From NCBI GenBank assembly GCA_965644265.1, contig CBFFRO010000022.1, positions 248,001 to 312,000 on the forward strand: DNA of 64,000 bases, given 5' to 3'. The DNA is from Glycera tridactyla (taxonomy: Eukaryota). The notes under the pieces were generated by a model. That model did not search any database and was not told where the DNA came from. It worked only from the letters and a program-made list of their open reading frames with translations. Shown here piece by piece: positions 1 to 12,378 of the stretch. Numbering within the stretch: position 1 is the stretch's first letter; every line of letters begins with the position of its first letter. Both the position numbers and the translations under genes were made by a program.

Positions 1-363
1 TAATGGATGTCCATTCAGATGTACAGGTCAACATCATATTAATGAAATATGATAGAATCCACTTTAGAGTTAACCATGATATATATAATTTAGCAGGATT
101 CAGTGTGAAGAGTGTTTCTGCACTTTTATTTGATTCCTCTGTATCATTTCTGATCCTTGCCATCATTTCCCTATTTTCAGATCGCCATGGCATGTAGAGC
201 TGTGAATGTACAGCATATACTGGCATATGCGTTGAACTTTTTACTCTTGAATATTAGATGGATATGAGCAGATCAACGTTACCTAGAAAATGGCAATTTA
301 AACGATGATGGAGCTTAAGAATTGTCAGTGTCTCTCAATGTGCCAAACATATAGGAGTAGCAA

Positions 364-401
<38 letters not shown>

Positions 402-426
402 GCATCAGCATCAGCATCAGCATCAT
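364..426. repeat. (CAT)n microsatellite changing to (CAGCAT)n
   Basis: Directly visible. Confidence 0.95.
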
Positions 427-1161
427 TATTCCTGTCTCCTCCAGTCAGGATACTCATTGCATGAGTATCACATCATGGTATTGAGATGGAATATAATGAC
501 ATCAAGTGAAGCTTGAGTTTCGAACTCCATCTGTTTATGCCTGAGATGTATATCAGCTCCTCTGTGGCACAAATAAAAATGTGATGATAATAAAGCATGG
601 TGAATTGACTGGAGGTAGTGTGTATTTGCTGAGGCAGGCGCCTGTGTACACACACCACTTGTTGCTGTGTGCACTCGATCCACCCACGGCACACACCCGC
701 CCATTGCCCCACCACCACTCTCTGCCGACTTAACCCATGTATATTAGGAAAAATTGCGTAGAAGCACTATGTATGATTGTTGAACTGGATAGAGTCATGG
801 TTAGTCTATTATGATGACCATGATATGGGGCAAAGTCAAGATATTCCAGTATTTAGGACACCGGATGTGAGGGCCCTGTATTTATGACTGTGGGCCAAAG
901 CATAGTCACAGTAGTATCTTATGATGGGGATGTACTCAGCCAGGTGATCTGTGAGTTTTCACGTTTTGTGGGCAGGTATAGCCAGAAATAGTGTGATCAA
1001 AAATGTCTTTTTGTCCCGAATATTTGGGTTTTTAGATCATAAATATTCAATGATTATTAGTGAAGATGGAGCATAGTATATGCCAATGGTTTGACACATA
1101 GCTTGTTATTTTGATGGTCTTTTGTCCTTCTGTCCCCTGGTTGATTCACAATTTTGGCACC

Positions 1162-1334
1162 NNNNNNNNNNNNNNNNNNNNNNNNNNNNNNNNNNNNNNN
1201 NNNNNNNNNNNNNNNNNNNNNNNNNNNNNNNNNNNNNNNNNNNNNNNNNNNNNNNNNNNNNNNNNNNNNNNNNNNNNNNNNNNNNNNNNNNNNNNNNNNN
1301 NNNNNNNNNNNNNNNNNNNNNNNNNNNNNNNNNN
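1162..1334. other. Assembly gap (N run)
   Basis: N characters. Confidence 1.
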
Positions 1335-4300
1335 TTCAGGACTGAATGATAGTACATTTGGGCAATTTCTCACCAATAGATATGGTTCTGTATTGTCGCC
1401 CAGAATCACACTATATATTTAGCTGTGAACTGGGAAAACACATACTAACACATGATAGGAATAAGCTGCATGTACATAATAGAGGCTTGGCATGAAGTTC
1501 TCTTGTGAGTAGAGTTTTTATTTCGTTAGAACCTAAATGTACTCATGGTAAAGCAGGAAATCAGTTGTACTCTATGTGTAGACTATATATTAACCTGATG
1601 GTTGTGTATGTATATGTAGATATATATTGTTCCTTTGGATCACTACATTGTAGATCTCATGTTTAATTGGCTCAGGAATGGAACTGCCTGGCACTCTCTA
1701 GTTTCCACAGTGACAAGGAATACCCACACTGTTTTTCGGAATGCAAATCTCTATTTGTGAGGCAGTCTCGTTTCTTGTTGTTTGTATGTGCACATCTCAC
1801 TTGTTTGTATCTCACTGATTTTCACTGTTGTTTGTTTGTAGAATGGAAGCACACACATATACAGTCCCCAGTACTCACTCCAGGTATGTTTCGCTGCCCA
1901 TCACAACTCCATCTTGTGACTCATCACCACGGCTACCACACATTATCGAGGCTGGAATGTGTTGCATTCTTGCATCGTAATTCCCATCAATATCATCACT
2001 GCAATCATCTTATATTGACTGAAAAATTCACCAACAGTTTAGATTCTACATCTATTGGAATTTCCGGTGTTTCTGGCTAACATTTGGTAGGAACCCTTCT
2101 GGGCCTATTGCCAAATGTGTGCCAGGTTCTTACATCATTTTACAAATCGAGTCAAAAGATTAAAAGTTGTGCATAGAGAATGACTAAACATTTGAGATCA
2201 ATCACTAATCTGTTGGATTTTGAGATTTCTGAAAATGATTGATTTTGATGTGGTCATAATTGCCCTGATGATGTAATTGTTGGTGTGGCACTAAAACAAT
2301 AATGTGCTTGCTCGTGTGCAATTTCTCTCTCTTTTCTCTCTCGTATTATTTTGTATTATATTCCTACCTGAACACAATAGTTTGCTGCTACTGCTGCTGT
2401 TACATCTGCACAATTCAATGTAGTGAATCAGTGATTAATCTTGTGAGAAAAGCTTCAGAGAAACTTTCAGAGCATATGTGTTTCTGGAAAATGGAATAAG
2501 ATCCAGTTGGTTCAAAATTGCTGGTCATTAGGGCAGGTGATCTAATCAGTCAGGTGACTATTGATTGGCACCTTCATGAGTGACGAAGTTTGATTAAACT
2601 TGTTGCCTAGCTCAGGCATTCCATATTGGTGCAAAATATAAACTGAAAATATTGTTCAGGACATGTTTCTGTGCTACATGCAGGAAAATTTGACCCATTT
2701 GGGTATCTCTCTCGCTCTTTCTATGGAAAGAAAATCCAATCATATCTCATTGGCATCACACAGTAGATGCAATGGTAAAGAATGATCACCAGTCAGATAA
2801 ATTGTTTCTCCTCAGTCCACAGGATGTATTGGTGTATTATCATCACCTGGTGTCACATGAGTGAATCATTTTGTCAGCCACCTGGTGTCAAATGCAAGAG
2901 TAACCAATCACACTGTCAGTTGTATCTGTGGATTAATCTGTCACCTGGACAAAGCTACTGAAGAAATATCATCATGGACATATGCCAAGATGGAACATGG
3001 CATTTCAAAACCCTGTCTGTATTCTGGGGTGGATTTTGAGGACAGGAAATCATGTGAGGTACTATTTTGTTCACTGAGTGATGCCAAAATGTCCTGTTGG
3101 ATATTATTGAGCAGGCAATAATGACATAATTAAACCATGACTTCTCACATGAATAGCCTAATATCAAATTTAATGGTTTCAAATATGTCAATGAAAAAGT
3201 TAATGCTGAAATTGATATCAAAACTATTGTTATCAAACACTTGATTACATTGATTTGGAAAAAAAATATTGTAAATCTTGTGAATTCTCAGCTTGTGAAA
3301 TGTTTTTTCCTTCAACTCATTCTTCTTTCTTTTTGGTTTGCTTCGACTTCGCTTTCTGCTTATTTTTGTATGTCAATCTTCCAGTGTGTTTATTTGTTAC
3401 ACAAAACAGTTTTTTGTGTTAACTCTTTGCCTAATGTGGCCACATTTGTGCATCAGCCACAAGTACATGCTGACGTTATCTGTCCATGTTTTGATTGTAT
3501 CCAACTCAGTGAAATCAACAAAAGTAACTGTGAGGGAACAAAAGGAATGTCATGTACAGTGATGTTGATTTTCCAAACGAAATTGAACTCCAAATATTGG
3601 CTGAAAATTTAGATTAAGAAGTTGCAGGAATCAGACTGAAAATTTTCAAAACATATACTTTTACATTGTATTATCTTCAGCGGACTCAAACATACAAATA
3701 TCTGTTGATTTCTTCCCTCGGATTGACATCACTGTATGTACCAGTGTGCTATTGACAAAAGTGGAGGCAGTCGGCAAAGTGTTAATTGCACAGAGCATAG
3801 TAAAAGCATATGCTCAGCATGATACTCACAACATACTACGACACAAGGTGAAATTGTGTTAGGGTTTCGAGGGCTTGGGATCAAAATAAATACTGAATCG
3901 TTTCATCATTGTTTAGTACTGTTGTGATCTCATATGGGCATGGTTTCCTTGCTTTTATGCCACATGATCCAGATACTATGTGCAGGCAACTTGTAGAGTA
4001 ATTGTCATTTGTCAGAGATCTGATTGTGGTATAGAATGCACTTTGGTAACCCACTTGCCAAGCAACTTTGTACTCATGGGTAAATTAGAATCTCCATTAG
4101 AGGGGTGCAACCTTGTACTGGTTCCACTCCTCAAATGTTGATGCTGAAAATTATCATCTATAAGGAGGTCAGTGAAACATTCTTTGCTTGATTCAAGTCA
4201 CTGTTGTCAAGTGTTATCCATTGACTTTGTGTGTGCAGTGTTTACAACTTTCTAGTTTGTTGATTCATAGCCACAAATGTGAAATTTTGGATGAATGTGA

Positions 4301-7300
4301 ATGATTGATAATCACTGACGCATTTTGGAATTGATTGGCCGAGATATATTGTCCTATTCCACCATATTAGTGGGTTGTCTTGACTTGATTTGAGACACAG
4401 GAAGACATTGATTGCTATCACTTTGATTTGAGTTTTTGGTACAAATGATTTCGATTTAGGATGTCTGAAACCTGGCTATCCTATTTGTTGTCTAACCATT
4501 TGCCAAGTACACGAATCAGTTAGCAAAGTTGAGTTTGCTTTCAGTATGGATGATATTGAAAATATTTGAAAAATTGATTTGGCCTGGGTAGGGTTAAGGT
4601 TCACCTTATACTAACATCTGCTTTGATCCTCTCAGCCTCATGATATCCCGATGTTGCCATCATTCTGGTCACTGTCATTCTATGTCCAATTGATGCATTC
4701 TCCATCAGTTTGATTTTGAAACATTATTTATCAAAATTCTTGTTCAATGCCCATCTGCATTGCATTGGTTTAATCCCCAAAATGGCGCATTTTTAGGGTA
4801 ATCATGAGGTTGAATGGGAGATGAATCAGGTTAGATTCTTGGATTGCTTGTCTGCACTCAACCTTGGGCTCCCCAACCCCAACCCCCCACATGACCTCCA
4901 ACCCCTCCTTTCATGCCCTCACAGACTGAGTCAAAAAAGGTGTCAATTGTTTTCTACCTACCCTTCTGATACATCTTCTCGGTACAGTGCATGTTTCAGG
5001 ATCAGGATCCAATGCCAATCGGCAATAGCTCAGAAATAATTCCTGAATTGATTGGCTTAATGGAATCATCAATTAAAGAATAACCTTTGTCCGTGTCTGA
5101 CACAGTACATTATTGTGACATTGTTGAAGAATACTCATTTGTATTCTTCATGTCATCACTGGGTGATTGAAATAAGCGTGATACACAGGGTATCAATCAT
5201 TTGGCAGGTGAAAATTGAAATTATCTCAAAATATTTTGTGGACTTTGAATTATATCACAGACAATTACAGCATCTATGGTTCAAAAAACCATTTACTTTG
5301 CCACAAATTTAATTAAAGTTGCAGTGTATGATTTTTCGGCATACTGAATGTCAATGGCAACGTCCATTGTTTGAATTATGAACCTGATGACGAGAATCAT
5401 ACTATGGGAACATATTATACATACTCTCTGTATACCCAGCAATTGGATGTTTACTTTCTCCAAATCTTCACCTGAACTACTGCAAATATTTAAACACAGA
5501 TATCACATGAGAAATTCAGGATCATGGGATAGGATCTGTCTCATATATATGCAGTCCAAGACGGAATCAATCCAGCATATTTCATATTGCTTACTTTCAA
5601 GACAATCAGCTTTTATCATGCCAAAATTTGGAAGAGATTCTTATGTACGAATAAAATCCTCCATCCCCAATTCCATAGGATCCATCAAACTGTGCCCAGC
5701 CTTGATTGCTTTTTGTCTGGCCAACGAAAATGTATTTTTTGGATATTCTGTTGATTTTCTAGAATGGAGCCTCCCACCTGTACAGTCCATCCTATTCAAT
5801 ACAGGTATGTGCTCAGCCATGGGAGCCTGTGTCATGCAAATCCTGCAGGCAGTCAGCGGTGGTGTGCTCAGGGTGTGACATGCAATGAACAGCCCTGCCG
5901 CTGTCATCATTTAACACACTTCACCAGTATTGATTTATCAACAAGGATAGATACATGTCAAATATAGATAGATAGATAAAGGTCATCAGTGTCTTTCAAA
6001 AAAATTGCTTCACAATTATGAGCTTTGCAAAGCTTTTCATACCTGACAGATTTCCAAAACCAGAAGTGAATAAATCCAATGCAGGTACAACGATCTCAGA
6101 GAGAGGTCTCACCCGGTCAGTTGACAGAACAGGTCCTCGGTGATATAGTGAAGATAATTTTCATTGATCTGTGAATCTGTTCAGTTCATGGAAATGATTC
6201 AGATATTATCCCAATCTGATGCTTCATGGACAGTTGTCAAAATTGCTGCTGAAGATAGATTAATACAAATAGGATAGTTTTGACAGAGTAGATTATTATT
6301 GACAGATTCAGATGGTCATATTACGAAAATTCTCAGTGGAAAAGACACCTGTCTTACCTCTGTCAATGTCTCATTCAGGAAGCGAGTGGCTGCCACTTAA
6401 TTCACGGATTTTTGAGTGAATTCACAGCATTCCGCGCCTATCCACTTCAAAGTAAATTACCCACCAAATAAAATACTCCAAACTACATATGTATCTTCAG
6501 ATCTAGCACTTCCTTGACACAGATGTTGCTAGGAGTAATATGACTGTTGAAATAGTTCCGCTATTGAGGTATGACATCTCTTTGGAAAGCATGAAAGTAG
6601 TAATTGTCACCAACTCGGTCACTGAAATGCAAATCATTACAATTTCAGAGTAATGATTACTCTTCGAGCCAAATTCTTGGTATCTTACGCATGACGTTCC
6701 TCAAATAAATTTGAAATCCTCCTATTCGATCATTGCAAATTCTGACATCATTACTCGTTATAATTAGAATTATTACTATGTTTAGCTATCATAGGTTGGA
6801 AGCTTGCCATCAGATTCATCAATTCAGCCAGAAAGTGTGAAAATTAAAGGCAGCTCTGTCTGCTTGGCTCTGAGCATACACCGTGATTCTCACATTATTT
6901 GAGTGTCACAAACTCCCATGGTTCATCAAACAAATGCTTCCCATGTTAATGCATCTGGTCATTTGTCCACCAATTTATCACATATTGAACCCGGTCAGTC
7001 CATTGCCACTCTCTGTGACAAAGTACCCGTTGCCAGGTACCATCTTCGCATTTTGCAACTTGTCTTGCTTTGTGTCATCACCTAGTAGCTTTTGCTGGGG
7101 ACGAGCTGCTTGCATATTTTCTCCGCACTGATCCTTCCCTCGTGCAAGTCATTTGCATGTTTGTGTTTAGTTTGATGGATTGATTGCTAAGAGTGACCCG
7201 CGAGTGAGGTTTTTAACAGATATCACTATAAATGCGTATTGAATTTGTGTGACATGAATACATAGATGATGTCAAAATATCATCAGCCTTTGCTTTTTTA

Positions 7301-7344
7301 TACCCCGCTTTTGAAAAAGCGGGGTATAATAGTTTCACCTCCGG

Positions 7345-7446
7345 CGTCCGTACGTACGTACATACGTACGTACGTACGTACATACGTACGTACGTCCGTA
7401 CGTACGTACGTACGTACGTACGTACGTCCGTCCGTCCGTCCGTCCG
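7345..7446. repeat. (TACG)n/(TCCG)n tetranucleotide microsatellite within the HINE-like element
   Basis: Directly visible cgtacgtacg...ccgtccgtccg run. Confidence 0.95.
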
Positions 7447-7550
7447 CTCACATTTCATGCAATAACTTTGAATTGGCTGGTCCAATTTTCATAAAACTTC
7501 ATAACTGTGATCTATGAAAAAATCGTATTCGAGAATCTGATTTTCGTACC

Positions 7551-9020
7551 CAAAGGTCAAAGGTCAAGGTCACAGGAGCTATTTATAGATTTTCTTATTT
7601 TACACTCTAACTCAAGTTAGCCTCAATGGATATGCACCAAACTTACGTAAAGTAATGACCCAATGTTGGGCCACCTCCCTTTCGATGCATGTGACCCTAG
7701 GTCAGAGGTCAAGGTCACAGGAGCTATTTATAGATTTTCCCATTTTACACTCCAACTCAAGCGAGCTTGGATGGATATGCACCAAACTTACACAAAGTAA
7801 TGACCTAATGGTAGGCCACCTCCTTTTCGATGCATGTGACCCCAGGTCAAAGGTCAAAGGTCACAGGAGCTATTTATAAATTTTCTTTTTTCACACTCTA
7901 ACTCAAGTTAGCCTGAATGGATATGCATCAAAGTCACGCAAAGTAATGACCTCATGGTAGGCCACCTCCCTTTCGATGCGTGTGACCCTAGGTCAAAGGT
8001 CAAGGTGACAGGAGCTATTTATAGATTTCCTCATTTTACACTCTAACTCAATCGAGCTTCAATGGATGTGCACCAAACTCACACAAAGTAATGACCTAAT
8101 GGTAGGCCACCTTTTTTTTGATGCATGTGACCCCAGGTCAAAGGTCAAGGTCACAGGAGCTATTTATAGATTTCCCCATTTTACACTCTAACTCAAGCCA
8201 GCTCTGATGGATATGCATCAAACTTACACAAAGTAATGACCAAATGGTAGGCCACCTTTCTTTCGATGCATGTGACCCCAGGTCAAAGGTTGAGGTCACA
8301 GGAGCTATTTATAGATTTCCCCATTTTACACTCTAACTCAAGCCAGCTTTGATGGATATGCACCAAACTTACACAAAGTAATGACCTAATGGTAGGCCAC
8401 CTCCCTTTCGATGCATGTGACCCTAGGTCAAAGGTCAAGGTCACAGGAGCTATTTATAGATTTCCCCATTTTACACTCTAATTCAAGCCAGCTCTGATGG
8501 ATATTCACCAAACTTACACAATGTAATGACTTGATGGTAGGCCACCTCCCTTTCGATGCATGTGACCCCATGTCAAAGGTCAAGGTCACAGGAACTATTT
8601 ACAGATTTTCCCATTTCACACTCTAACTCAAGCGAGATGGATATGCATCAAACTTACACAAAGTAATGACCTAATGGTAGGCCACCTCCTTTACGATGCA
8701 TTTGATCCTAGGTCAATGGTCAAGGTCACAGGAACTATTCATAAATTTTCTCATTTCACACTCCAGCTCAAGCTTGCATTGATCAATATGCACCGAAATT
8801 TCACAACGTGAAGACCCAATGGTGAGATATCTCCCATTTGATGCATGTGACCCTGCGTCAAAGGTCAAGGCCATAGGAGCTATTTTTAAATTTCCGCATC
8901 TCACACAATAACTCAGGCTAGCATTGTTGGATGAAGATCAAACTGATCTGGGATGATCAAGCAATGTTACAACATCTCTCTTACAATGCATGTGACCCTA
9001 AGTCATAGGTCAAGGTGAAT
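7551..9020 (+). repeat. Tandem array of about 145-bp monomers, about 10 copies, more diverged at the 3' end
   Basis: The anchor (aaggt)cacaggagctattt recurs at 7571, 7716, 7862, 8007, 8152, 8297, 8442, 8587, 8727, 8872 and, degenerate, 9017; spacing is 145 except one 146 and one 140. Confidence 0.95.
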
Positions 9021-12000
9021 GTTTTAGATGCTACTACATATGTATTAGATTTTCTTATTCTACACAGTGATCCAGTGACATATTACATAGCCAACCAAAC
9101 ATCTCAATGACCTTTTCCGATATGGGTTACCCACTGTGCTCCAGTGTGCGATATGGGTTACCCACTATGCTCCCGTGTGCGGGGTATATTGCCCCTCTGT
9201 GGCCTTGTTCATGTCATTGTGTACATGTTATTTCTACTTAGCCTTTGATTTTATTATCTAAGCTTGATTTGTGTTCAACCTGAATAGGATGTCCAGTATA
9301 AGTATCGATTTGTGCATTGTGGTTTTCTAGTTGGGTATTTCCTCACCAAGGATTTGTTGATTGAATGATGCTGTAGTAACTTTATTTCCTTGTGTACAGA
9401 TATTCTGTCTTCCGTGTCGAAAGACAAAGGATGATTTCACTGAACATTGGGCATGATGGTATCAAAACAATTGGAGTATATTCCCAAACTTCTTCTGTTG
9501 TAAATACATGAAAACCACTGTGACGCAAAGTAAAGATATTTGAGCATGCATTGAAATTGCCACAGATTGGCTGATTCAATTCAATGAGAGTTTTGAGGAC
9601 AATGGACCAATATGGTTATACCTGAATTCAATCAAGCCCCTGCAACTGCCAATTTGGGGCATATACATGAGAATAATCGACTTTCAGAGAGACTTGTATA
9701 CAGTACAAAATTTCATTGACTTTGGTGAAGACTGTAATCTTTACGGAAGAGCTTCATCACTTTTTAGGTATTGAAAAATCTTCTTGTGACGTTTGGTTGA
9801 TACATGCTTTCCATGTTTTGTTTGTTTGAAATGCTTGAACAATTGTCTTTCTCATCCAAAATGTAAGCTAGAATCTGTCAGATGAGTTTACTGTAATTTG
9901 GACTGTCAACAACACATAGAACTACCAGTTCAGTTATTCTTACGAACCGGGGCCACTGCAGGAGTAAAGGGTACTTGAGCAGAGTCTATGCAATCCCTTC
10001 TGCTTTACTCAATGTTGATTGCTTGTTTTTAGATACCATCAGTGATAGTATGTGTGGAGTGCTTGGTTTCTTCACTTGTTCTGAGCTATATCCCCCTTAA
10101 GGGATCAAGAAACATCTGAGCTGATTATTCACTTAGGAATGTGAATGTATAACAAACAATTTAACAACATGAAACCAATGCTGTTCTCTCAAAGAGGATT
10201 GTAACCAAGAGTATCCTGAATTCCTGTCTGTAATTGCTTGATTATATTTCCTTTCCAATATTGGTGAACTACATGGATCTTGAAAATGACATCATGTATT
10301 CTGTAGGTGACATCAAGTGAGATAACAAACAATGTGTGGTATACTTTTAGAGATTATGAGCCCCTTGACTTCCTCCAGTATTATTCATTATGATATATCA
10401 TTCATTATGATATCTCGGTCATTGATTTAGAGTAACCCATTATGCCTCGAATACCACCAGAATCTCTATTCACAGTTTGAATAGAGATTCCGCTTGTACT
10501 CATGGCATACAGGGTGAGTTGAAGATAATTAGGAATTTGTGATCTTGATACATTTCAGTGCATTTTCCGTTAGCTGGCACCCTGTGGTCAGTTGATTACA
10601 ATATCACTCAGCCTTCTGTCTCATGACGGAATGGGTGCGATACAAATCTCTTATTTCATTAACATGGAATTTGGCATCAGTATCACCTTAAGAGTGTTAT
10701 CAGGTATTATCTTTTGGCCTATATTGATACTGCAATTAATCATCAAAATCTCCTCACAATGACACCTAGGCATTTTCCAGAAGAGAGTAAATGTGGACAG
10801 ACGCCATGTCAGATTTTTACATGTATAATTTGAGATGAAGCTGTGTCCATGGCTGCGCCATGTGTTGCATGATCGCCTGATGTGAACTGGTAGCACCAAA
10901 AATCGCAGTACTTAATACTCTTCTTCTCATTTACTCTCGCAGCCGCATGTTGTTAATTGTTTCCCCTTCCAGTCATTATGACAGAAATCGAGCGGTCCGT
11001 GATTAACGCGAGATGGTTGCATGCCAAGTGGCTTTCAAACAAAGTGCATGTACCTGTCGGCTTCTTCGAGTAACTCAATTTCAGGTCTGCTCTGCTACCA
11101 GCAAGCATGTCAGTGGTCCATTTCAGTCATATAAAAGCTTGCGATTCAGTCCAATTTGTTAGTTTGACATGTAGCCTAAATAACATGGGAGTGTGTACCC
11201 AATCCTCACATCATCAATTTAAATCAATTCCAGACTCTTTCAGGAAGGATTTAAAAAGACATAGGAGGCAAGATGCAAGAATAGATTCACTGTTCCATGC
11301 ATTATTATGGAATGTACCCTGGTGCCATCTTTAGGAATATTAGATTGGGATAGAAATCATCCTTAGGAGTGAAAGGACTTGATGCTGAGGTTATATGTCA
11401 AAGAGCTTTGGGATCATTTCAATGGTCAGTCGATGTGGAAAAATTCAACATAACATTCCCAATCATATTATCAATAAACATCGGAATTCTCCAATCAAAT
11501 TCAATTGGACTTCAGGATGATGTTGGGACTGCCTTGCAATTCAAGTTTATGATCTGGGAACGAGTTCAATTTTGGATTTTCTCTGATGAGTGCCAGGCTG
11601 ATGGGTCAATATATCATGCTGTGCTCAATGCTTATGTAGGAATTCATGCCAAAGACATAACTTTGAGAAGGGATCTTTTGAGGCTGATCTGGATTACATG
11701 ATAGTCTCCTTCCATGTGAGATGGTCATGCGTAGAGGATGTATTTGGCCATAAACATTCTGCCAAACTTAACTAATGTAAATCGAGTAATCCATGAGAAT
11801 AAAAGGGGTTTTTAATGGCCTGGTCAGCCATATCGATGATAATGATGGAAAAATGCTTTTCTCATGCAGCTTGTTGAATTATCAGAGAGTCAGATGCTAG
11901 ACTTGAATCTGCCCGACAGGCAAGTACATGCATATTTTGAAGAGTAAAATTTGCATGTTATTCATCGTTATGATGTATGTCCTTTAAGATTATAAATTGG

Positions 12001-12320
12001 CAGAACAAAGTGTTCATTTTGTTCATTTTCTTATACGATATTATCAAGATATGCGCCATTGATTTTAGCTATCCGAAGCCAGAGTCCCCTGTTCCAAGGG
12101 TGTGGTACTTGATTTTGAAAGCAGGCGGGACTAATGTCCCCACAAAGTCAAGATTCAGATCAAGCACTGGTTGTGTGTAGATCAGCCACGGCACATTTTC
12201 TAGGAGTTTCCCCCAATTAGTGTGGGAAGAATAGGTCTTGCAATGATATAATATACTGAGAAAGTCACAGGAGGCTTGGCTGGCTTGTGGTGATTTATGA
12301 AGAAAGACGTAATGTCATTG

Positions 12321-12378
12321 TTGGGGGTGGGGGTGGAGGGGGGAGGTGATAGTAGAAGTGGAGGGGGGGGGGGGGGGG
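12321..12378 (+). repeat. G-rich tract with a long poly-G run (G-quadruplex potential)
   Basis: Several runs of 5 or more G, including a long homopolymer at about 12362-12378. Confidence 0.8.

Larger units (their letters stand above)
7298..9209 (+). mobile_element. Non-autonomous Helentron-associated element (DINE/HINE-like) with central tandem repeats
   Basis: 5' 15-bp perfect inverted repeat TTATACCCCGCTTTT-ga-AAAAGCGGGGTATAA (7298-7329) in a T run, then a (TACG/TCCG)n microsatellite, a 145-bp tandem array, a 3' copy of the subTIR GCGGGGTATA (9179-9188), a weak short stem-loop and a TT end. Confidence 0.75.

Noticed and set aside
7551-9020. Regular repeat array that superficially resembles a CRISPR array
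   Set aside because: Whole 145-bp units are repeated with no unique spacers, there are no cas genes, and the context is a eukaryotic intron.
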